Origin: Antedon mediterranea | Lineage: Eukaryota; Animalia; Echinodermata | Length of the DNA: 64,000 nucleotides | Assembly: GCF_964355755.1 (NCBI RefSeq) | Contig: NC_092673.1 | Location: forward strand, 2,542,001 to 2,606,000 | Direction: 5' to 3' | Shown: one piece after another, positions 1 through 12,400 of the stretch | Layout: each line of letters opens with the position of its first letter | Numbering within the stretch: the first letter of the stretch is position 1 | Translations under genes and position numbers: made by a program | Notes under the pieces: model-generated | The model's input: only the letters and a program-made list of their open reading frames with translations | Databases searched by the model: none | What the model was told of the DNA's origin: nothing

Positions 1-423
1 TTTTACAATGTTGATATATAAAATATGTTACTTAAAATCGTGATTTTATATAATTATTTTTACGAAAAATGACTAGTTCATACAATTGTCGACTGAGGGC
101 GCAATTTGTTTATATCGTTCGTGGCTAAAAACGATCATTTTCGGCGATGTTTTAAACCCTATATTTCGAAAACTACAAGTCATATTTTCATAATTCTTTC
201 TTTATTATATTATAATATTGATACAAAATACTAACAGGCAATGTATAATTTGTTTGAAAAATATTAACTTTTAATTTTACATCGTTATCCCTACTTCTAT
301 TCATATCGGCAATGAGTTCATTTTTTTATATGATATTATATTTTTTATTTCTTCATTTTTTTTAAAACGTGGATAGTAAGAATCGTAATAATATTAAGCA
401 CTTTTTGCGTTCCATAATTTATT

Positions 424-581
424 GTGGCCGAGTTGACCGATTAGTTTTTGGCCGAGTTGACGTGAGGCCGAGTTTACTTGAGGCCGAGTTGACTTGAGGC
501 CGAGTTGACTTGGGGCCGACATGACGTGGGGCCGACTTGACTTTGGCCGAGACGGTTTGGGGCCGACTTGACCTGCACCCA
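424..581. repeat. Degenerate ~15-bp tandem array (GGCCGAGTTGACTT); possibly a Helitron/Helentron-associated element end
   Basis: About 9 copies of ggccgagttgac-like units ending in ttgacctgcaccc; explains the repetitive ORF 394..582. Confidence 0.75.
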
Positions 582-957
582 ACTAGGACCATGTCTAGCC
601 AGTAATTCGCCTAGGCCCTAGTTCTAGTAGTTATTGCCAATGTACGGTATTTATGATTAAAAAATATTATTTATTGTTGTTTAATGTTACACGTACAGTA
701 TTTAATAATAGTAATACGCCAACTAGGCCTAGCTACTACAGGCTATGCCTACATATTATTCGCTAGATATAGGCCTATGAAATATCACGCATGGCATGAA
801 AACTAGCTAGGCCTTAGGCTCTCCCAAACAACCAATTCTATCGAAGTCGTCGTACCGCTCGAGTCAAGGCTTGTGTACTAGCTACTATAGTAGTAGTAAA
901 GGCCGAGGCCTAGCCTACACCACCAAAACATAACAACTCCAGACAAGTTTTACTCAC

Positions 958-964
958 CACACAT
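958..964 (-). CDS. Putative first coding micro-segment ATG TGT G (Met-Cys-G..) of a neighbouring gene running off the left edge; possibly GFPT/Ntn-amidotransferase
   Basis: Minus strand reads tttagaATGTGTG|GTGAGT: A at -3 and a consensus donor at 957-952. Lies just downstream of a promoter-like region. Confidence 0.45.
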
Positions 965-1159
965 TCTAAACACTCTGTGTTCAGATAAATTAGTAAATTC
1001 ACCTTTAACTATACTGCATCATCCAAAACATCTCACAAAAAGTAAGTTTAAGGATAACCGTCAAAGTTTATTGGGCCTTTCCAATGTGATCAAAATGACA
1101 ACCTTTTCGAAGCGCTTTTTGTACACACAAAGATTTCAGATCATTCATCACGAAAACTG

Positions 1160-1290
1160 GAAGGTTGAACGACCTTTTAACGTATACGTCACATATCTGA
1201 AGCTTGCCATTGGCTAAAAAGCAGTCAGACTTAAAGTTTTTGTACCACAGAAAAATAAGTTCAATCCTGCGATAGGCCTATTGTTAGTTT
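1160..1290 (-). promoter_or_regulatory. Candidate promoter of the left-edge gene
   Basis: CCAAT box (attgg ~1209-1213) and CRE-like acgtca (~1186-1191); CpG- and taggccta-rich sequence at 570-920 in the presumed first intron. Confidence 0.4.
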
Positions 1291-3539
1291 TTTTTCGATT
1301 TAAATATTATTTAAATCTTCTGCCTATCTATTTTATGTAGTCTTTGTAACTTTTGTTTTGTTTTACATTATTGAATAAATGCGAATGACGTTATATCATG
1401 AACATTTGCATTGCCATATATCTAACGAGAGGCACACCAATTACCTGTCGTAATTACGGCCTTATCGGCAAAATATTGTTGCTTAACCGTAAATGGATTT
1501 TAATCCCCAGAGTTCGTTGTCGGCTTGGTATATACGATTTACCTTTGAGACGAGTTATACTTTATGTTGTCTCTTTGATGACTGCTGGCCGCTTTTTTTA
1601 AATGCCTACTCAACTTTTAATGAAATGTGCTCATCTTGACTGACGTGACTTTTCTTCATTTTCAAGGATGACTAAAAGTAAATGAGAGTACTCTATCTGC
1701 ACACACCAGTATTAATGACGAGTTAAAGAGAAATAATGAGCAAGTTTTAATTGCACTTAGAAATTATCGAAGTTTATTTTATTTTAACAAATTATCTGCC
1801 AATTTCATCATCACTACGCACGATATAGGCGAAGAGCGAAATGTATAGAGGGCGCTATTGCTGTAAATATAAATCTCGTAATACATTTTATTTACAACAT
1901 ATTTAGTATAACATTTCCAAATAATTATATTTACTTAATAATTAATTATACAAAAAAAATGTAAGACTGGGGTTTAAATATCGAATGTCCAGAGGGCGAC
2001 ATTCAAGCGTATATAAGTTGTGAACAGAGGGTAGTCACTGTTTGTGTGATGTGCTATCATAAAACTACTGTTATACAACCACGTGTAATGTACTTCTACT
2101 TTTAGAATGGCTTATTTTATTTAACTATTCTGTTTCAATTCGTTTAATTTCCAGCGTATTATAGTTAATAATTAAAGCTGCCTTTTTACGTTCAACGTTT
2201 ATAGTGACTTCACAATTTTACGTAGGTATGTCGGAGTGGGACAACTTGCGTTTTAAAGGGAACGCAAACTATACATAGAAATTCTGCCAATGTCTACTTT
2301 GTAAACGGTGCCTACGAAATGTTGACGTTATGCAAGATGTCAGCACCTGAAAACATGAGTAGGCCTACTGACTATAAACTGCGAATGTAGGATAACCGTT
2401 GATCACAGAGAGAAGAGTCAGATCATATGTGACTTTATAATATTACGTCTCCGTTTTACGGTGATTGAAGGAATCTGATTTGTAGCAAAACTACCATACT
2501 TTAACGTGACGATTTTCCATCAGCACCTGTAGTGCAATTATTCTCTTTAACGTATTATCAGTGTCGGTAATCGTTAATAAAACCGTACTATTACGTTTTC
2601 CTTCTACTATTGTGTACCATGTGCCATGGAGGAAGACACGCCGGTTACATTGTATCGCAACCCGGGTATCACCTGCATATTATTGCATCATAGTCCTATT
2701 CGTACGAATAATAAACTCTTCAAACTAATACTTTAAATAAAAGCATTGTACTCACTGTGGATATTGACTGTGGCGATCATGATGTGATTTTTAATATAAC
2801 ATCTGTGGACAATACATGCACATTTGCTTTCATATCAATAAGCAATATTATAATAGTGGTTCACAAAAACTAGAGCAAATTCACTTTTATTCATGTTGTA
2901 GGTTGGGTAAACATGACTTGGTTATTTTCATTGTCTTCTATTATATTCTGTTGATGGATAGATATTATTAAAGGGAGTGTTTATGTTCCTATATACATGA
3001 TGGACCTATATTGTGGGGGCCACGGCCAAAAAGGGATAGGCCTACTGAATTATGCTGTCTTTTTTTTGTCTGCAAAATACCTTATACAAATGGTGTACAC
3101 CCCTGTCTATGTGCTCTCAGCACCGACAAGACATAATTATGATTGAAGCCTTATTCAATAAACGTTACAAACACTAAATGCGTTTACGATGTAGGCCTAC
3201 ACACTGCGGGCGCTGGAAGGAGACGAATATCTTATGAACTCTGTAAAATGTTGATATAAAATATATCAGAAGCATCTATGCGTGATTAATGATGAGTTAC
3301 GTAGCTGAACGAAAGCAGAAATGTCATCGAGAACACACTTCTCGTTTCCCCCCGAAGCTACAGTAATATAAAAAAATAAGTAATATATTATTTTTTCTTC
3401 TGTGAATAAATCATAATTATAATATATACTAAATAACGGCCATGATGAACAAAACCTCATTCTACATCACTCAACAACAAAACAAACCCCAATATATTCC
3501 GAACGGACAACATTTTGCACACATATCGCTTGATTTTTC

Positions 3540-3681
3540 GCTAGGACGCAACGCAAAGGCGAAAGCGTTTAACAAAGTAATTTGACCAATCACAAGCGAT
3601 GGATCATCCGATCCTGTCGCTTGTAATTGGTCAGCTTACTACTTCCGTTGTGCTGAGTTGTCCTAGTGGGAACTAAACTTA
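3540..3681. mobile_element. Degenerate copy of palindromic MITE family B (see 29461)
   Basis: Shares ctaggacgcaacgcaa, ttgaccaatcacaagcgatgg and ctagtgggaac with 29461-29639. Confidence 0.75.
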
Positions 3682-4567
3682 ATGATTGGATAATTATTGT
3701 ATAACCATACCATATAGTTAGTAAACAATTTCGTAGGCCTGTACAATTCGACGGAAGAAATCCAGGGTACCCTTTTTTGCTACCGGATCTTTCATATAAA
3801 ACTAATATTTTATGTGATGCTTATATTGCACGCAATGAAATTATAGTAATATTTAAAAATAGTATATGCATAGACCTCTAATTAGAGGTCTATGGTATCA
3901 GGGAAGAATGACATTCACTCGTCCCTGGTATATGCAACAACAGTACATCGGTATTTGCAGAGAGCACTTTCAGAAAAAGTACATAGCGCCCTCTACAATT
4001 ACTCTTTTATCCAGGTACCTAAAAATATGCAGTAGGCTAGTATACAAGTGATTAAATTCTACAGCGTACATCAGAAACTTAATAATTATGCACAAAAGCT
4101 TTGTGCTGTGACTTAGATAAGAATAATAAGCTTATATGCGAAGATAACATGTCTTTACGAGCTTGTAAATGCATCTTTTTGTTTATGTAGTAACAGTATT
4201 GCATGCTGAATATAGGGGACAAAAAAATATTAAATTTATAAACTATTTTTTGAAATCTATGTTTTACAATAATATTGTATGCTAGCGCTTCTCTGTTCTT
4301 GATCCACCCCTCCCTCTCATGGTATTAAAAGAAGTTAAAAGGGACGGAATTAGTGGTGAAGCTTGAGTTGTTGAAGATCTTTGATAACATCTCTTGAAGT
4401 ATGCCTTATTGCATCTTTTAATAATTTTTCTCACCACCCAAATAAAAAAAAATATGTTCAAATCCTCTAACATTCCTTCCTTTTTGTTTGCAGCACATAG
4501 TTCTTTTTTTTTTATTGCCAATAGAAATATTTTATTTCCATTAATTGATAGAAGAGGGCTATATATC

Positions 4568-4902
4568 CCGTATTTAATCGAATAAACGCTCCGCTCTGAA
4601 TAAACGCCTGAATATTTCCCCCGAGGCCTTTATTTATTTCCTTTGCCCCGCCACATGCATACACACAATATTGTATTACAACACATTTCTATTTGTAGTA
4701 GATTTACCAAGCATTTTGATACAATTTTTATTGCATTTTATCACTTCTCGATATTAATTGTATTCATATCTAGGGGGTATTTATTTGATTAAACATGTTA
4801 CCATATTACACCCAAAAAATAAACGCATCCCTCGAACAAACACCCCCCTCTAAAAAACCCTTCTGAATTTATGCCTCGCAGCATTTATTTGAATAAATAT
4901 GG
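4568..4902. mobile_element. Tc1/mariner-pogo-like MITE
   Basis: Imperfect TIRs ccgtatttaatcgaataaacgc / gcatttatttgaataaatatgg (18/22), TA on the right flank, internal gaataaacgc repeats. Confidence 0.65.
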
Positions 4903-5104
4903 TATAATGTACTACGTAAAGGCAGACATAAAAATAAATAAAGTATTTATATCAGCATAATGTTGATATACTGTATAACAGGCATAGTTCAATTACTTGT
5001 ATATATATGTAAACATATTATATATAATTTTGTGTTTATTTTTGTATTGCTTTTATATAAGAGACAAACAGTCTAGAAAATAATGAAGCCAAACACCAGC
5101 GTGT

Positions 5105-8100
5105 TATTTTATATTAGCAGTCAATTTTTATTCATTCGTCACACAAAATACATGAGCTATCCCAGCCATCTACTTTAAAAAACAAGCCTAGGATGGTTGT
5201 TATAGCTGGTATAGCTTTGAGCACTTATACAGTGCTACCTCTAAACATACCAAGATCTCACTAGCACATTATGTACACTTCAAAGCGGGACACTTTGATG
5301 GAAAAAAGAATGACAAACAAACCCCTGAGAGATACTGCCCTTATTTGATAAAAAAATTACAAAATACGGGTGGAAAAGCCTGCCCCTGTTCTCATTATCT
5401 GCATCTAAACCACTTATCTAACACATGCCAATAAATATGTACATTGGTCCACACTCAAAATTATCGATTAAAAAATGTCAACTTGTGTATAACAACCTAC
5501 TTTATTTATTTGTTAAGCATGCAGTTATATTCATCTTCATATACATTTCCTTGTCTAGTTTCCAAAATTATACATCGAAAAAGACAGGCACAGTTTTTAA
5601 AACTTTTTTTTTCTCCTCCTTCTCCTCGCTAACACTTTTTTTTTAAAAGTGGCCTGACAAATAACCAGGCATTGCCATTAATGAGGCACCTACTTTATAT
5701 AAAACACTATGGACTTTGTTGACATCTTTAAAAACATTAATAATGTATAAAAAAATTCTGAAAACCTTTCTTCCAAGTAATAAATGCTTGAGCATATACT
5801 AGAATACTGTTTCTCTACATATCACACTTGTTTTTACCATTCAAACACCTTTTGATCAAGTAAAATTAGCCTTTGGTCATTTTCTATTTCATTTCTCGTG
5901 TAACACATCCTTTAGTTTCAATCACAATGGTTTTGACAACCCATGTTTCATTTCCACTCAAAGTGATTTGTTTTTGGTATAATACTTAAATCTATAACCA
6001 AAAAAATACCATTCCAAACTTTCTACATTTTTATACTATTAAAAATATGAATATGATGAATATTTTAAACCTTATCAAAGCATTGGAACATGTTTACAAA
6101 ATGGAAAGGAAAAACAACTGAAGCCATTATACCTTATAATATAATACTAGTTAAGCCACACCCACATAATATGCATATTCATAAAATATCAGATAATATA
6201 TACCAAAGCCATACCCAGTTTATGAATATTCATACATATTCAAACTACCAATGAAAGCATGTCATTAAGCCACACCCACAACACAAATATGGTCATTCAT
6301 ATTCATAAAGTTACCTATACTCAGATGAAAACAAAATGCTATGCAAATTACAAATAAACAAAATACAGAAAACCAAGTGAAAAAACAGTTTTGACACAAT
6401 TGCACAGCTAAACCTGATCATGTCTAAGTTATCTAGTGATCCAGAGGGCGCACATTACAGGGGTCTATAAAGTTAAAAACGAGTCATATTAATAATTTCA
6501 ATTTATTAAAAAAATTATTGTACTTCTCACTAGAAAGTTTTATACCAAGCTAAACAAAAATACCTTGATATATATTTCAGAATATAAATCTTCCTACTAC
6601 TATATTAGGAAAAAAAAAATATGCCATAATATCACCATATTTGATCATAATGATGCCATGCCCATATATAGCCACCTGTTGGCCAGTGTAATAACCATAT
6701 GTCAAAATTTTGACATAAAAACATTTTTTTTTTTAAATTGGACAGATCTTGAAATTGAAAAAAATTTGTTGGAAACACAGGATTTAACAATTTTTTTTCC
6801 TACTAAATTTGTAATTGGACAAAAGCAAATATAAATGAATATGTTCCTTTCGCAAAATAATTCCTTGTTTGTCTTCACGCAAGACAAAATCAAAATCCAT
6901 GACCAGTGGCGTAACAATGCAAGCGATGCATAATTGCATTTAACTAAAACAATTTATGGCATCAGAAACAGCAGTCAATTATTTATCAATGAAACAGAAT
7001 AATGTTGTAAGATACTTGAATAATTGTTACATGCTTTACACAGGGTGAAACTTTCCCTAAAGCTCAAAAAGTGTGATAATCCCAAATATGGTGGTGATAT
7101 GACATCACCAGGTCCATATATGGGCACATCACATTTTTTTGTCACATAACGTTTGATAGTGTAGACAGAGCTTAAAACACCTTTTTTATTACAGCACTGG
7201 TCATGCATAAACCGTGTGATAATGTCTCGCCACATTTCATCAGCCTCGGTACGATTGGCGTCCTTACAATAACAATTGATTATATAACACACCCACTTTG
7301 ATCAATGAATTCATCACGGCATTCAATGTATTAGCCACTACCATCATCATCATCGTCATCATTGCAAAATATAAAACAAAAAGTACCACAAATTGAGTTT
7401 AGATAGCAACGTTATAGGCAAGAATGTGTATAAGATTGAAAAGAAACAAACCTAGAAAGAGACGAAATCCCCCAGAATCAACATGTACATAATGTATTTT
7501 TAAAATGTTTTGCATTGCACTGCACACGAGTAACACACACTAATAATATAATATAGAAAAACAAATGCTGTCTATAAAAAAAAAACACCAAATTTTAACA
7601 AACATAAAACATATACTAATAAAACTATAAACATATTGTTTGAAACGGTAAAAATAGAAAATAATAATTCAGATATCCATTTCAACTTAATAAATTAATA
7701 ATTAAAAACAAACCAATTAGGATATTTCCCCCACATTACTATACTATAAATTTCAATTATTAATAATTTATTCGAAAATAGTAAAAAGGAAAATAATATA
7801 ATCTGAAAACGGGATGACATCCAAGTTTAAAATGTTGGAACCCAAGAGTTAAAATTGCAAATTAAAAATATATAGATAAGTCCTTGTGAATTTAGGGATT
7901 GAAATTCATCAGGAGTTTCTATAGAACAAAGTGTGTAAAATAAACCATGTTAATCACAGCATATACACTGGATAACAAGCAGTTTCACACACACTGCCAA
8001 CAGACTAGAACCCTACCATCTGTGCGACAAACTATATAAAATTTCATTTTTACGATTAATAATAACAGGTATTAAATATTTCTGAATAATTTTTATATAC

Positions 8101-9159
8101 TCTCTACATTAGGAATAAACAAAAAAATGAACAGGGATGATTTCAACTAACAGTGGAATAAAATGCTTCATATTTAGGTTACAGAAATTGCCAATCAACT
8201 AACAATCACAAAGCAATTAAAGCATGAGGTGAACCACCTCGTATACTGTTAATGCAATAGATAATGTTACATCATTTCACATACATTTGTTCATTTTGTG
8301 TATTTTAAAAGGATATGGTTACAACAAACACTCCTTTGGAAAAATCAAAATGAAATTCGTTTTTGAGCAAATTCCTCAGCCAGCTTTCTATAGAAAGCAT
8401 TAGTATCACAAATTTAAACAGTCACGTATTACCTGCAAACTCAGGTAAAAGCCAAATGCTAAAACGCTACTTAAAACCACCAACATTTTATATATTCTAA
8501 GTATAGTTAATCAATAAGTGCAAAGATCTACCTTCCAAGGGTATAGAATATGTCACTTACAGAATATACAACATTAACACAGGAGGGGAGATGAGAAGCA
8601 CAGAGAAAATAAAGACTCTATGTAGAGTAGAGATTGTATTGGACTAAAATAGGTATTTTCCCTAAATCTCAATTTTTATAAATTATGACATTCTACACAA
8701 AACATACTTTACATATTTCTAGTTCTTTTATTATTATTATTAGTAATTTAAAAATAAACAAGAAGAAAAAAATGAAATTGCCTCAATAACCTTTTATATA
8801 TCTTTAGTCACACATATGTACAATTAAATGTATAAACTAACAAATGGTTACCAAGATATCTTCTGCAATATTACCATCGTTCTTATTTCGTATTCTCGTA
8901 ATGAAAAGCCAGTGTAATGTGACTAAAAATCTTTTAACATGAACTTTCAACAATCGAAATTCCTTGCGCGTATTTATACGATCTTTAGAAAAGTAATATC
9001 AAGGTAAAGCTGTATATAAATATTACAGATATTTGTACCAAGGTAACAATTGGTATACATTGGTTGCATGTGTGAATCAGGTAGCGGATTGAAATGTCTG
9101 TCGCAAACGTAAGGTTTTGGCAGAATGAAAAACGGACTTGGCAACATATTTTAGCAAAT
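5105..9159 (-). other. Probable long (~4 kb) FAM53 3' UTR with candidate AATAAA at 5127-5132
   Basis: T-rich minus strand downstream of the stop codon; tttatt at 5127-5132. Other AATAAA hexamers exist, so the end is uncertain. Confidence 0.35.
7066..7172. mobile_element. Partial copy of MITE family A (TIR AGCTCTGTCTACACTA)
   Basis: Ends in tttgatagtgtagacagagctt; internal aaatatggtggtgatatgacatc. Confidence 0.8.
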
Positions 9160-9450
9160 TCAATTATTTTCTATTTCATCTAAATCCAATTCGTCGTCAG
9201 GATCAATCGGGAAGATAATATCTTCTAACGTGTCTTCGAACTCGTTGCCGCTGTAGTCATCATCACTCGTGCTACTGTCTGCAGCCTGTGCATCGTCTGA
9301 CTTCTCGAGCTCCTTCGTGGGGCTTGACGTTGGCGTTATCATGATGCTTGATGCATGGTTCCCATCGCACGGCGACGATGCTATCGTCTTCAAACCTAAA
9401 AATCGTTCAGTTTCTGTACAGTTCAACATTCCTCGTTGCTTTGACGTTTT
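9160..9450 (-). CDS. FAM53: FAM53-family protein, terminal coding exon (KTSKQRGMLNC...DELDLDEIENN*)
   Basis: C-terminus ELDLDEIENN* matches the FAM53 terminal motif (xLDLEQIENN-type). Strong acceptor ttattctttttcgttttag|AAA at 9451/9450 in phase 0, matching the donor at 58999. Confidence 0.88.
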   Translation of the reverse strand, partial: KTSKQRGMLNCTETERFLGLKTIASSPCDGNHASSIMITPTSSPTKELEKSDDAQAADSSTSDDDYSGNEFEDTLEDIIFPIDPDDELDLDEIENN

Positions 9451-12400
9451 CTAAAACGAAAAAGAATAAAATTCTGTAAGCATATGTCTTATTGCATCAA
9501 GTCAAAATTAGTTAATGGCGCCATAGTTGGCTGCCAGTAACACGGTGGCCCCCTTAGGATGTTGTTGAAAAGGTAACATCTAAGTCCACAGCAATCTGAT
9601 CTTCACGAAATAGTGCTATATAAATGTCACATTATATTATATATAATTATAAGCAAATTTAAAAATTAAAGATAGATGTTGTGTAATACATCAGCAGATA
9701 ATTCATTAAATTTTAACAGATCTACGAATCCAAGGCTTCCTACACATGTTACAATTCACAAAGAACTCTGTCGCTCAAAACTAGTTATAACATTCGTTGA
9801 CACTTGCTTAACTATGTTTTCAGGTTTTTCTCGCAAAGCTGACGACGCACGTCATAGCTGTGCTGATTAATGATAATGGAACCTTCGCTATTTTCGCAAC
9901 CCAAAATCATTGAGGATGACGACGATGATAATAATTATATTACTAACAATTAGGTATCGCGGACAAATCGCATAAATCTTGAAATGTTACAAAAAGTAAT
10001 AAATGATGTGGAATAAACGTACATAAATATGCAATAACGATGGGAGACTAAGTTGATACTCTTGACAGTACTCATTTATTATACTTGTTATTTTTGGCAG
10101 TACATTACAATTTCCTGTAGACTTATTTTCATGTTTAATGGAATGAAAGTAACCATCAATAATGGCCACTATTAATCATGTTGTTAAACATACAAACTAT
10201 TACAACCAAATATTGCCTTGAAAATGAACATTGAATATACAGTAGTAATTATATTCATTCAGACCCTAGGACTGAGTTATCAAATTTCCTTATACCTACA
10301 CACATTTACATTAAAGCCTTGTTCGCACTGGACATAAATTATTTAAAAAAATTATCCAAGGCCATCGTTAAAATTGACCGTTGTTCGCATTTGGATAATT
10401 TCACACAGTTAGATTTACCAAGGTTTTACCAAAATGTAACTGTGACGTTAAAAACTACAATTGACTCGGATGTTGAAGGTCATGTGTTTACATTCAGATT
10501 GGACTTTTTAGCTAGCGTTGCTCAGTTTAGCGGGACCTGGCAGTGGTCCGTAAAATTAACCATTGGATTTATTTTAAACTCTGAGGGATCTGTAGCCAGT
10601 TTTCGGATTGGACTTTACTTGGACAATTTAGCCGGCGATCAACTTAATTACAGTGAGATTACGTTGTATTATGTACTGCACTTTATTTTAGACGGATTTT
10701 AGTTAAAATAACATTCAATATTGTACTGATGTGGGTATAAGCCCATGATGGATTATGATAAGCCCGTACCGAAATAGGAGAACTTTTCATGTAAAATTCT
10801 TGAGTGTATTTGGATAGCCTGCTACACACTACAGTGTGTAGCAAGCTTTCATGTGATGCTGACTACTAAATAAGGACCAAGCAAATTTGAAATTACTAAC
10901 TGTAGAGCCTAGCTACAAACTACATCAGTACATCATATTCCAACAGCATGATTGTTATATCATTGATCTGCTAAGTCAAGCAAAGAAACAATTGTGCTGA
11001 CAAGAAGGGTCAAAAACCTATTTGAATGGACACATGCTTTGATTAACAAATGAAAAGCATTGCATTAGATATTATTGGCAACAATTCGAGCATAATCTAA
11101 TGAAAAGAATGCATTTTGCTGGCAATATTATCTTACATAATGAGGCAAGTTACAATCACCCAGCATTCTGTACATAAACAGCTATGAAAACCTCACGACT
11201 AATCATCGCCACATACAACGTATCCAAGTTATTCCAAAATCAATCATTTTAAATTAAACGCAATTTGATTTACATTTTTCCTCATTTTCTCTACTGTTAT
11301 AAATCATGTTATCGTCGGCAATAAGCTGGAAATAGGTTTAGCATCACTGGCCAAGAACTCTGGAAGAGGCTTTCAGAGGATGAATGGAATCTCTCTGGAG
11401 TGGCTTTATGCAGTAAAATGACAGTTGGATTTCCCTTAGAATGGCTCTCAAGTGACCACACTGAAGTTGGCTCATTGAATTTCATAAAGATATGATTTAT
11501 TTTTTAGGTTAAATTATGTAATTTTACTTTATTAATAGTTAGAAACTGTATCGATTGCTTTATAATTGCTTCTGTAATTTAAAATGTACATATTTACCAG
11601 TTTTCTTTTTCTAAGTAAGATTGAGAATGACACGCAAGGACCAAATGGGTATCCTACATTCATAGTAGACAAATATCACACAAATATTTAAGCCTAAACA
11701 TAGCAACTACTTTCTTCCTACTACATTCAAATGAAGAATTGATCAGTAGGGACGGATGGAAGCCAATTTGAAATACGATGTGACAACATGAGTTGGTATT
11801 AATAGTCCATCTAGAGGGAAATCATCTGCTATTTTTAAAATTCTAATATTGCATTTCATAAATTTTCATTGCCACTTTACAAATATACAAAACTACATGA
11901 AATGAAATTAGTAACGATCAAAAACAATTGCAAATGTTTGTAGAAACATTTTGACAAGAAGATAAAAGCAAGGTAAAACCGAGGTGAATTTGAAAATGAA
12001 TTGTTGGCATTGAGTGAGTCATAGCAAGGTGTATTTTGAATTTTCTGTAAATGTGAAAAATGGCTTTGCTCAGATGGATGGTAGAAGATTTACTGTCAAT
12101 TAATGTCAGGAATTTTTAGTCTTTAATCGAAAATGATGAATTAGAATAGAGAAAATGGGGTTGGGTTCAAAGAAAGGAAACTGATGGGGAGAAAGTTTTA
12201 AAGGGGGATAGTGATCATGATGAGAGTGTGTTAAAGTGTGTTTTAAGAGAACTAGAAAGAAAGTCAGGTCTTAGGTCCATTCTATTGTCACCACTGACTT
12301 CTTCATCAGTACTTCTAGGAGACGCACAGAGTGGAGGAAGTGTTGGATAAAATGTTAATGAAAGTGTTCTGATGAGAAAGTATTGGGAAAAAGAGGTGTT

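Noticed and set aside
10312-10702. 127-aa ORF
   Set aside because: TTG start, no splice signals or recognisable domain; begins with a TIR-like agccttgttcgcactgga, so probably a TE remnant, but the second end was not found.
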